A stretch of DNA of 64,000 nucleotides from the human T2T-CHM13v2.0 reference genome, Homo sapiens. Both the position numbers and the translations under genes were made by a program. Under the pieces are notes generated by a model, which had not been told where the DNA came from, ran no database searches, and saw only the letters and a program-made list of their open reading frames with translations. This document shows, piece after piece, positions 48,701-64,000 of this stretch. The stretch lies in assembly GCF_009914755.1 (NCBI RefSeq), contig NC_060946.1. One strand, written 5' to 3'. Every line of letters begins with the position of its first letter. Within the stretch, counting starts at the first letter, position 1.

Positions 48701-48934
48701 CAGATCCCTGGATGAGGTGGTACTAAGTGGGGGCAATGGGTGGGGGTGCAGTGCAGGGCTATACCAGGCAGAGGGAACAGCACGTGCAAGGCCCTGAGGA
48801 ACCTAACCAAAGCTGGTCTGCTAGAGCCCTTACTCTGTGCTGCCTTATGCAGGGCAATGCTGGGGCACAGATGGGGCTTAAACACTGTCCCTGCCTGAGC
48901 AGTAGGCAGTCTACTGGGGAGCCAGCCACAGTGA

Positions 48935-49348
48935 GGTAGACAGCCGTGCTACTGCCTGGCCAATTCCATTTCCCCTTCGACTGCTAACTATACCTCTTCT
49001 CCTCCCCAGCTCTCAGGCCACATAGCCCAGGCAGAGCTAGCCCCAGTCCTTCATGCTTCAGGGATGGACATGTGACCTCGGCCAGGTTAATCACAGCCAG
49101 TGAGGTCCAGTTCTCAAACTTTTGTTAGAACCATCGGGCACAGGAAATCTCTGGTTTGTCCAGGGGTGCTGACAGGGGAGACTGTTGGTCTGGAACCACC
49201 AAGAGATGGAACCAACATAAAGAAAGGCCCCCGTTGAGCCCTGGATCCAAGTTTTCTGAAAATACCCTGGACATAATGTTACAGAAGTTAATAGATTTCC
49301 TTTTCTGTTTGAGCTGGTCTGAGCTGTTTTTTTCTGTTACGTATAACT
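48935..49348 (+). mobile_element. Ancient ERVL LTR (LTR16/LTR33-like)
   Basis: ggacatgtgacctcggccagg...gagccctggatccaag...ttttttctgttacgtataac. Confidence 0.5.
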
Positions 49349-50274
49349 CCTTGCTCTGTCCCTGAAACAGAGGGAAATCCCAAGGCTGGAGACCCCATGG
49401 GAGGACCTGGTCCAGCCTAGGGGTCAGTGAGGCTTCTTATGGGAGGTGATAACCAGGCTGGGTCTTGATAGCTGCACCAGAGTTAGCTGGAGGGAAGAGG
49501 TGCGCCCGGGCAGGCTGGTGCAGGTGCTGGCTGCCTTCCCAGGAGTCAGGGCAGCTCACTGGCTCCTGGGCACAGTCTCTGCCCAGGCAGGCCCTGGGCT
49601 CCCAGGTCAGCTCTTAGCAGAGGCTTCTGAGGACCTCAGGGTTTGGCAGGAACAGGAGGCCTAAAGAGGGGACAACTCGGAAGCACTGCATAGGGTGGGG
49701 CAGGCCAGCCTCCAAGGGTCTTATTTCATGTGCCATGTTGGTGTCAGGACCTCCAACCTCAGGATCCACTGAGGTTTGTGAGAGGAGCTGTGTCGGGAGG
49801 TCACCAGCCCATCCTGTCCCTCCCTGGCCCCCAGCATGGCCAGTGCCATGGCCACCCCTGTCATGTTGCCAGGCAGGTGCAATGTGCAGGGCACCAAACC
49901 AAGTGGGCTTGAGAATCTGCTCTCAGCTCTATAACAAAGTCGTTTCAGCTTCTTGATGCCAGCTGACTTGGCACCCACCCATGTTCAGTCTCGTGCAGAT
50001 CAATCAGCTGATCAGTGGGCTGCACGGGTCTCTGTGCCCTGTGCCTGTGTCACTACCAGCCCAGGCTTCCATGCCCAGCTTAAATGCCCTCTCCTCCAAG
50101 AACCCTTCCCTGATCACCCAAGGCATAAATGTTCCATCCTGCCTCTAACAACCCTTTGAACCAGGACCCCAAGCTGCCGTGGGAGGTGGTTACTTGTAGG
50201 TATGTTGTATTTTCCTTTGGTTCATCTCTGTCTACTCAGGGCCTAGTGAGGACCTGGCAAGAACACCTGATAGG

Positions 50275-51750
<1,476 letters not shown>

Positions 51751-51760
51751 TAATAATTCT

Positions 51761-52075
51761 GGCTGGGCGCAGTGGCTCATACCTGTAACCCCAGCACTTT
51801 GGGAGGGCAAGGCGTGCAGATGACTTGAGGTCAGCAGTTCGAGATCAGCCTGGCCAACATGGTGAAACCCTATCTCTACCAAAAATATAAAAAATTAGCT
51901 GGGTGTGGTGGCAGGGCCTGTAATCCCAGCTACTCAGTAGGCTGAGGCATGACACTCAACTTGAATCCAGGAGGCAGAGATTGCAGTGAGCCGAGATTAT
52001 ACCACTGCACTCCAGCCTGGGTGACAGAGTGAGACTCTATCTAAAAAAAATTAATAAAATAAAATAAAAATAATA
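51761..52075 (+). mobile_element. AluS
   Basis: Full dimer. Confidence 0.94.
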
Positions 52076-52139
52076 AATACTTTATAAACATTAATTTACT
52101 GACTCTTCTTAATGACCTTGATGTTATATTCTGTTTGAT

Positions 52140-52266
52140 CCCTATTAACAGACAAGGGAACTCGGGCACAGAGAGGCTAGGTTACTCGTTCAGAGTCACA
52201 CAGCCAGTGTGCAGCAGAGCCAGAAGTAAAGCCCAGGGAGTCCCACTCCAGTCTGTGCTCTTAACC
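52140..52266 (-). mobile_element. MIR
   Basis: gggaactcgggcacagagagg...gtcacacagccagt...gtgctcttaacc. Confidence 0.7.
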
Positions 52267-52745
52267 CTGGGCCATGACATGTCATCACCCTAGGTGTGCA
52301 GTGAGGGGACTGGGGCCTAGGAAGGGGAAGGGACTCATACCTGAAGCCACACAACCAGGGTCCAGCCCTAGGCAGGCTCTTTCTCCACAGAGACAGAGCC
52401 GGTTTGGGCCCCTCCTCTCTTCTCTTGGTGACAGTTTTGCCCATGGGCATCCTGCGGGCAAAGGGGAGGCTGAGTTTCTGGTTTGTGGGTGTGTTTCAGG
52501 AAGTGCAGCTTGATGGGGTCAGCCTTTGTGTGCAGGGAGAGGAGCTGGGTGGAGGCTGGCTGGATGACTGGGCCTAGGCCTCCGGACAACGGAAAGGAGC
52601 AGAGAAGACGAGGGATGCGTCCCGGCACTGGTATTGTGGAGAGAGACCCCAACCCCCAGGAGGGTGAGGAAGGGGCTGTTGGTTCCCCCGCTGGTGAGCA
52701 AGGGCTGGCTGTGGGAGGGGCTCCAGGAGCGGAGGGGAACTGTTA

Positions 52746-53114
<369 letters not shown>

Positions 53115-53449
53115 TTAGAGGGGCCCATGCCTGGGGCACCCAGGTTGGCAGGCAGCTTCGTGGATGCCTCTGGGGAGGCCTTCCTGACTGCAGGCCGGCT
53201 CTGGGGTGCTGCAGAAGAACTCACTTCCATCTCTTCTATGATGGTGGTGTAGGTAGCCATGTTTGACAACATGTGACGATGCCTGGTGGTCACGTGATTC
53301 CAAAGGCACCACACCATAGGTCAGCCCAGGACCAATAGCTGGTGGCAGGAAGCAAGGAGCTGAACAGGTGGATTCACCCCTGGGGACTTCAGCCTGGCCA
53401 TCCCAGAAGAGGCAGCTGCTGACAGGGTCTCATGGAGGGCTGAGGATGC

Positions 53450-53745
53450 AGGGAGGTCTGGGGGTCTTGAGGGCCACATAGGGCCTTGGGAAGTCTTGGG
53501 AATTTAGGCGACCTAGGAGACCTTGTGGGGCTTTAGGAGGGCCTAAGGAACCTGGGGGGCCCTGGGGATCGTTGAGGGGCCTGGGAAGGCCTTGAGGGGT
53601 CTCTGGAGGATCTTTTGGGCCTTGGGGGCCTGAGGAGCCTTGGGGGACCTCCAGAGGCCTAAGGGACCTTGGGAAATCTTTGGGACCTTAGGGGGAGAGG
53701 GGATGTAGGAGACTTGAGAGGCCTGGGGCTTTGGGTGGACCTTGG
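53450..53745. repeat. Degenerate G-rich tandem repeat (gggcctt/gggacct-like units of about 9-10 bp)
   Basis: Recurrent gggccttggg, gggcctaagg, ggaccttggg. Confidence 0.7.
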
Positions 53746-54295
53746 AAAGCAAGGGAGGTTGGGAGGGCCATGGCGGGTGGAGCAGCCCCCCCAGAGGGCC
53801 TGGGTCATTCAGCAGCCACAGCCTGGACATTGTGCTCCGGCTCTGGGAGCCCTGGTCATTCCCTCTGTGTGATGGGGGGATCCCAGGCCTGCTCCAGCAT
53901 CCCTGTGAGGGTGAAGTGATCCCAAGGGGACAGGCATTGCCCTCACCCTCAGGCCTGCATGCCCCACACTCCACTTCCACACAAACTCATCTGAAGGCAC
54001 ATGAGGCTGTGTGGTCTACCAAAGGCTTCATGGGGAGGTGGAGGAAGGAGCCCCATTGCGAGACATCCCCGTGTCCCCAGAGCTCCTCTCACACTGACAG
54101 CCACTCTCTTCACTGGTTCGTATAAAGTGCCCAGAACAGTGCCCGGCACACAGGAGGTGTGAGCCATCGTCACTGCTGTCACTGTCTTTCAGTTCTCTCT
54201 TTCCCAGACGGCCTCTCAGGATCCCTCTTTTTGCCTCCAGCGATCTGGTGCCCCTCGTGTCAGAACAGATGCATCCTGCGATGCTCCTCACGTGA

Positions 54296-54637
<342 letters not shown>

Positions 54638-54667
54638 CTCTGTGGGGTTTAGAAGTAGCTCAGCACA

Positions 54668-54974
<307 letters not shown>

Positions 54975-56347
54975 TCAGCACAGCATGTGGCGGGTGCCAC
55001 CCAAGAAGGTGGCACAGAGGACAAAAGTCCACAGAGGACAAATGCAGCCAGTGTGGAAATCAGGCCCCAACTTGCGGGGCCGAGGCCGTGAGCAGCCACA
55101 AGGTGGCCCCAGTGAGCTTAGGGACCAGCCAGTGCAGGGCAGGTGGGAGGTTCACGCACAGCTAAATTAGGCTAAGAGAGACGTGGCAGGGTCTCCCTGG
55201 GGCAGCAGGTGGGGGCTCAGCTCACCCTGGCTCCCGGCTGCACAGCTCAGAGTGGGCACCTCCTCGCCTGAGGAGAAGGAAGGGCCGCCTGTAGCCAGCA
55301 GGTGTGCCAGGATCCTCCTACCTGGGCTGGGGCCCGGAAGGCGAACACAGGGCAACCGAACCCATTGCAGAGCAGGGCCTGAGGGCTGGCTTGGGAGCAG
55401 GTGGTTGGAGTCTGGCTCTGAACAGGCCTTGATCCGTCCCTTGGGTCCCCCAGGCCCTTCCCAGCCTCCACCCCGTGCTGCAGGCCACACCTACAGCCTT
55501 CTGTGCCGAGGGCTGTGCCCCTGGAAGCCACGTGGGGCAGACTGGAGCTGCCTGGGTCCTGGAGCAGCATTTCTGGGGCTTCAGCCCAGGGGAGCTGACT
55601 GGATTTGCGGCTACACTCACACCACACTCCTCCTCCGGGCTGGGCCGGGTGAGAGGAGGGAGATGAAGGAGGGCGGGCCTGCCCTTGCTGGTCATCAGGG
55701 TCGCTCATCTCTGGGGATCTGGCTGGAGCTAGGAATTGAGGAAGGACAGGCTGGTGGCAGGGGCCGGGGCTGGGCTTCTGGCGGGCCAGGCCCCCCTCTA
55801 GGGAGGTCTGTGCTCACTGCATCCCTAGGGACACAAGCCCAGGGCCAGGGCCTCATGCATTCTGGCCTGGCAGGCTGCCTGCCTCAGCCCCACCCCACCC
55901 AAGGCATCCAGGGACACTGGCCTGTGGCAGACACGCCCACAGCTTTGCTGTGTGTCCATCTTTGTTGCTTCTCCTTTTGGGGAGCTACCCCTACCCCTGC
56001 ACTTTAACAGGTGAACCCAGTGTGAGCCACTGCCCCGCCCACCAGCCCCTGAATCAGGCCAAAGAAGTGAAAACCATCTGACCACAGAGGAGGAGCCTGG
56101 GGGCGCAGCAGGGCCCCAGCTGGCCGGAGGTCAGCCTCAGGGTGGGTGGCCTGGAGGCCAGCTGTCTGGAGGATCCTGAGCAGAGAGGGGGCAGGCCCTT
56201 GGTGCCTTTCCTTCCAAGAGGGGAATCTAAAGGGAGAGAGTGACATCAATCCAAGGCCCACCGAGCAGATGCTGATTACAGAGGCCAGCGGAGGTGACAC
56301 AGGTCCTGCCCAAGACAGTCCTGGAGATGGATGGTGGGGCTGGTACC

Positions 56348-57105
<758 letters not shown>

Positions 57106-57214
57106 GCATCCCAACAATGAGAATGTACTTCATGTTACCTCAAAATGGCTAAGACAGTAAATGTTTAAACGTGGGTAAATCTAAGTAACTATTGGCTGCA
57201 TAGAATAACATTAA

Positions 57215-57540
<326 letters not shown>

Positions 57541-57547
57541 TTATATA

Positions 57548-57650
57548 GGCCGGGCGCAGTATAGGCCTTGCCCATACCCATCAATAGCCACTGCATTCGT
57601 GAATAGCCACTGCATTCCAGCCTGGACAACACAGCAAGACTATATCTATT
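57548..57650 (+). mobile_element. 7SL/FAM-like fragment
   Basis: gtgaatagccactgcattccagcctggacaacacagcaagac matches the 7SL/FAM 3' end. Confidence 0.6.
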
Positions 57651-57679
57651 TTTTATTGTTTTTGTTAAAGTACATTAGT

Positions 57680-57978
57680 GGCTGGGTGCAGTGGCTGACG
57701 CCTGTAATCTCAGCACTTTGGGAGACCGAGGTGGGCAGATCATTTGAGGTCAGGAGTTCGAGACCAGCCTGGCCAACACGGTGAAACCCTGTCTCTACTA
57801 AAAATACAAAAATTAGCCCAGCGTGGTAGCTTGCATCTGTAATCCCAGCTACTCAGGAGGCTGAGGCAGGAGAATTGCTTGAACTCAGGAGGTGGAGGTT
57901 GCAGTGAGCCAAGATCGCGCCACTACACTCCAGCCTGGGTGACAGAGCCAGACTCTGTCTTAATAAATAAATAAATAA
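57680..57978 (+). mobile_element. AluS
   Basis: TSD aaagtacattag. Confidence 0.95.
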
Positions 57979-57992
57979 AGTACATTAGATGA

Positions 57993-58198
57993 TGTCTTAG
58001 TCCCTTTTGTGCTGTTATCACAGAGTATCTGAGACTGGGTAATTTATAAACAATGGAAGCTTATTTGGCTCATAGCTCTGGAGGCTGGAAGTCCAAGAGC
58101 AAGGTGCCAGGATCTAGGGAGAGCCTTCTTCGTGCAACACCCCATGGAAGAAGGCAGAAGGGCAAGAGAGTGTGCGCTGAACCCATTCTTTTATCAGG
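57993..58198 (+). mobile_element. MST/MLT1A-family MaLR LTR, 5' half
   Basis: tgtcttagtcc...gagactgggtaatttataaa...tctggaggctggaagtccaagagcaagg. Confidence 0.85.
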
Positions 58199-59713
58199 AA
58201 CCCACTCCCAAGATAACTAACCCACTCCCAAGATAACTAACCCACTCTCATAACGAACCCACTCCCATGATAACAAACCCACTCCCAAGATAACTAACCC
58301 ACTCCCAAGATAACTAACCCACTCTCATAGCTAACCCACTCCCATGATAACTAACCCACTCCCAAGATAACGAACCCACTCCCAAGATAACTAACCCACT
58401 CCCATGATAACTAACCCACTCCCAAGATAACTAACCCACTCCCAAGATAACTAACCCACTCCCATGATAACTAACCTACTCCCAAGATAACTAACCCACT
58501 CCCATGATAACTAACCCACTCCCATGATAACGAACCCACTCCCATGATAACTAACCCACTCCCAAGATAACTAACCCACTCCCAAGATAACGAACCCACT
58601 CCCATGATAACGAACCCACTCCCAAGATAACGAACCCACTCCCAAGATAACGAACCCACTCCCATGATAACGAACCCACTCCCAAGATAACTAATCCACT
58701 CCCATGATAACTAACCCACTCCCATGATAACTAACCCACTCCCATGATAACTAACCCACTCCCATGATAACGAACCCACTCCCAAGATAACGAACCCACT
58801 CCCAAGATTACTAACCCACTCCCATGATAACTAACCCACTCCCAAGATAACTAACCCACTCCCAAGATAACTAACCTGCTCCCATGATTATAAACCCACT
58901 TCCATGATAATGAACCCACTCCCGTGATAACTAACCCACTCTCATGATAACTAACCCACTCTCATAACTATAATTAACCCACCCCCAAGATAACTAACCC
59001 ACTCCCATGACAACTAACCCACTCTCATAACTATAACTAACCCACTCCCAAGATAACTAACCCACTCCCATGATAACTAACCCACTCCCAAGATAACTAA
59101 CCCACTCCCAAGATAACTAACCCACTCCCCTAACCCACTCTCATAACTAACTAACCCACTCCCAAGATAACTAACCCACTCCCATGATAACTAACCCACT
59201 TTCATAACTATAACTAACCCACTCCCATGATAATGAACCCCTCCTATGATAACTAACCCACTCCCATGGTAACTAACCCACTCCCAAGATAACTAACCCA
59301 CTCCCATGATAATGAACCCCTCCTATGATAACTAACCCACTCCCAAGATAACTAACCCACTCCCATGATAAGTAACCCACTCCCATGATAAGAAACCCAC
59401 TCCCATGGTAACTAACCCACTCCCAAGATAACTAACCCGCATCCATAACTAACCCACTGTCATGATAACTAACCCACTCCAAAGATAACTAACCCACTCC
59501 CAAGATAACTAACCCACACCCATGATAACTAACCTACTCTCATGATAACTAACCCACTCCCAAGATAGCTAACCCACACCCATGATAACTAGCCCTCTCT
59601 CATGATAACTAACGCTCTCTCATAACTAACCCACTCCCAAGATAACTAACCCATGCCCATGATAACTAACCCACTCCCATGATAACCCACTCTCATGATA
59701 ACTAACCCACTCC
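58199..59713. repeat. Minisatellite/VNTR, 20-bp unit AACCCACTCCCA(A/T)GATAAC(T/G), about 75 copies
   Basis: Directly visible; homogeneous core at about 58330-58870 with degenerate flanks. Confidence 0.98.
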
Positions 59714-60102
59714 TCCGTCCCAGTGCTGTGCTGTCACCTGCTGCCAAAAGGTGGCATAACCAGTTACCCTCAGAAGCCAGAACCCCAAGTTCCACACTGC
59801 AATCCCCATCCCAAGCTGGCGGCAGGAGCATGCCCTCTGCCACTTCCCTGGGGCCTGGCAAAGCCCTGCGAACTGCAGGGACAACCCCCCTGGAGAGTCA
59901 CAGCAGGAGAAGTCCTCCACTTCTTCCATTACCTCCATGCTCCCTCCTCACCACCCCGACACTGATGTGGGCCTGGGATGCTGATGCAACTTACAAGGAG
60001 GGTGTGCATGGCTGCAGCGTCTCAGGTCTTCCTGGAAACAGGTGTTAAGTTGGTGGAGCATCTCACACCCAGTGGCATTTTTAAATCAAGGAAACACATG
60101 GA

Positions 60103-60205
60103 TGAGGTTGCAGTGAGCCAGGATTGCACCATTGCCCTCCAGCCTGGGCAACAAGAGTGAAACTCCATCTCAAAAAAACAAACAAAAACAAAACAAACAA
60201 ACAAA
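60103..60205 (+). mobile_element. 5'-truncated Alu (end of right arm)
   Basis: gaggttgcagtgagcc...aactccatctc followed by an (AAAC)n tail. Confidence 0.9.
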
Positions 60206-62083
60206 AATGCACAGTGCTAGAAAGAAATAGAAAATAGCAGAGGAAGATTGCCATGGTGGATACAGGAGTGATTTTAAAGCAGGTCGTCAGGGTGGATCCC
60301 AGAGCAAAGGTGGTCCTTGAGCAAAGACTTGAGGAGGCTGAGGGATGGAGTGATGCAGACGTTGGAGGGACAAGTGGGCCGGGCAGGAGGGACAGCAGGG
60401 GCTCCCCGGGATCACAGGGAGGGCTACAAGCCCATAGGTGAGCAGTAGGCCCTGCGCAGAGAAGCAAGAGGGTGGCCCCCAGGGAGAGGAAAGTGGGCGG
60501 GGTGAGGGGGCCTGTGCAGAAAAGAAACAGGGAGTCCAGTGAGGAGGCTCCTGCAGAGGCTGGGGAGGGAGGATGGCCTGGAAGCAGTGGCAGGGAGCAG
60601 GGCCAGGCGTCCTGCACCTGCAAGCCCAGGGGTTTGAGGGGCGCGGGGATCAGGGAGACCCACAGGAGGGCCCTGCCGGGAAGCTCTGTTAGCACAAAGA
60701 AGTGAAGGGGATGGTGGGAGGGAGGCCGAGTGCTGAGAGGCTGTGGGAGGCCCCAGTAGGGGCTCAGGGGGCCCAGGGTGGTTTAGGAGAGGAGGGGACA
60801 GGACAGACTGGGATCCGCAGCAGATGAAGGGTAGACCTCTGGGCAGGTGGCTCAGGGTGCTGAACCTGTCTTCATCCCTGGCGAGGGATCCTCTCAGTGT
60901 GTGCAGGGCTGGCTCCTTGACCCCAAGATCACAGGTGCCTGCTGGCGGACATTGAGCTGGTTGTGGAGTCTTTGCCCTTCTTCCACTGTGATGGCTTCTT
61001 GCTGCTGGGCCACCCGCTCCGCTCCCGGTCCCTGCTCTGGCTTGGCGGGTGTTGCTCTGTCCTAGGACCTTTCTCACGAGCCACTCCTAACCTGCGTCAT
61101 CCCCTCCTCCCAAACGCTGCTGTCCCGCGTGTTTTCCACCGAGGAGCGGGCACTCTCACACTTGCACCCTCACACACCTGGCTGTGTGTGTCTCCTCCAG
61201 CTCCTCCAAGCCCCCAGGCCATCTCTTTGCCCTGTGGCTGCATCGCTCTGTCACTGTCCCTGTCTTTTCATGCTGGTGGTGTCAGGGACATGGTTGCTGT
61301 GGGCTCATAGGGTATCCTGGTTGGGCCTTGAACTAGCTGTGTGATGCTGGTCCAAACACATTACCTCTCAGGACTCAGCTTTTCCGTCTGTGGAATGGGC
61401 ACAGTAATGCCCCACTGCCTCCTTCCCAGGTCAGGCGGGAGCAAGGCTGAATCCCCCGTGTTCTGTGTCTGTAACTGCACTGTGCCTGCGCCAGGGCTCC
61501 CCTAGCCTAGGGCCTGGCGGGGGACACCGGGATTGAGGCTGGATGTCCGTCGGGTCTGATGATGCAGGCCTTGCAGGAGTCTGTGCTTTATCCCAAAACC
61601 TGGGAAACTGGGTTCTGCCAAAGGCCTGGGTTTGGCCTTGGGGCCTTAGAAGATTCCAGTGCTATTTTCGCAGGAGGGGATCCAGGGTGCTGCTCCACGG
61701 CATGGCCCGGAGCCCAGGCCCCAAGCAGTCCTGGCCCCTGGGCTCCCTTCTCTGTCCCTGCATCTTCCCCATCTTTCCAGAGCTGGGTTTCGAGGTCAGT
61801 GTGCCAGCTCCTGGGCGCCCCTCACTGACCACATGGGGGCTGCGTGATCTCCGTGGCAGGCAGAGAACCCAGGGACCTCCTGGCCTGCCCATGCCCACCT
61901 GCCCTGTGCCCAGAGCTCCCTCCCCCAGCTCAGCTGCTCTTCAGGTCCTCACCCTGCCCTGCCACAGCCCTGCAGTGGCCTTTCTCCCGGGAACAACAGC
62001 CACAGTGTGGGGAGGGGCTTGCTTTCCACACCCCTCCACACCTCTGGTGGTGGGAAGAGCTCTGTAAGAGCTGCTCAGATCCC

Positions 62084-63312
<1,229 letters not shown>

Positions 63313-63319
63313 CCCCCTC

Positions 63320-63780
63320 CCACCTGCTTATCACCCGGAGGCCTCCAGTCTATACCCAGAAGAGCACTGATGGGATCCTGTTGTTCCTGCTTGAGACCCG
63401 GCCATGGCTCCTTCCTGCCCTGGGATATGGGCTGTCCTTCATGGCAGCTCCTGCTTTTTCCCAGCTAAACAGAACAAGTGGAGCTCTCTCTCTTCCCACC
63501 AGGCCTTTGCATATGCTGTTCCCTCTGCCTGGAATCCTCTTCCTACTATCTTATCCTAGTTAACCTCTGGTCACTCCTTGGCCTCTCTTAGAGTATCATG
63601 GCCTCCAGGAAGCCTCCTCAGCCTTCTGTGGCTCTCTGTCTCATCATTGACCACACTGTGACTTCATTGCCTGCCTGGCTCTGCCTCTCTGTTGGATAAG
63701 AAGGCCAGGGGACCTTCTTGAGTGTTCCTCCTTGACACATGTCCACAGCATAGGGCTTGGCACCAAGGAGAGGTCAGGAT
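63320..63780 (+). mobile_element. L2 3' relic
   Basis: aggcctttgcatatgctgttccctctgcctggaat...cctccaggaagcct. Confidence 0.65.
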
Positions 63781-63837
63781 AAGTTCGTCCCTGGGGTGCT
63801 CTCAGCCTCAGTTCGATTCTCTAAAAATGATGAGGTT

Positions 63838-64000
63838 GGCCAAGCACGGTGGCTCAGGCCTGTAATCCCAGCCATTTGGGAGGCCGAGGCGGGTGGATCA
63901 CCTGAGGTCAGGAGTTCGAGATCAGCCTGGCCAATATGGTGAAACCCAAACCCCGTCTTTATTAAAATAGCCAGGCATGCATGGTGGCACACGCCTGTGG
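63838..64000 (+). mobile_element. Alu (cut by window end)
   Basis: Left arm consensus. Confidence 0.92.

Noticed and set aside
55183-56007. 274-aa ORF in unique GC-rich DNA
   Set aside because: GTG start, composition typical of non-coding GC-rich sequence, and no domain or splice support.
58199-59713. CRISPR-like array, or coding repeat (minus ORF MGVGSLSWEWV...)
   Set aside because: The units are contiguous with no unique spacers and there are no cas genes. The ORF periodicity is a by-product of the 20-bp unit.
58199-59713. Interstitial telomeric repeat
   Set aside because: Only GGGTTAG occurs, once per unit, with no tandem TTAGGG; the array is continuous with a MaLR LTR.

Overview
This is human genomic DNA (Alu, L1 and MaLR repeats, GC-rich) at the 5' end of CELSR1, which I place on chr22q13 from memory. 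The only credible protein-coding sequence is the very large first coding exon of CELSR1 on the minus strand. It starts at ATG 28798, ends at a splice donor after 25255, and is 3544 nt long (phase 1). It encodes the signal peptide, prodomain, a furin-type RRARR site, cadherin repeats EC1-EC8 and most of EC9. Positions 1-25254 are intron 1, a CpG island and promoter cover about 25000-30450, and the rest is repeat-dense upstream DNA. I found no evidence for a wholly new biological system, and almost all other ORFs are Alu-derived or GC-bias shadow ORFs. The most interesting unexplained structure is a 1.5-kb, 20-bp-period minisatellite grown out of a MaLR LTR, carrying about 60 GATA consensus sites roughly 29 kb upstream of CELSR1. 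Other notable items are overlapping uORFs in the CELSR1 leader, a 5'-inverted (twin-primed) Alu, a tail-less L1 without target-site duplication (TSD), and a solo LTR10-like element with p53 half-sites nested in an MST LTR. Repeat subfamily calls are by eye and boundaries are approximate.
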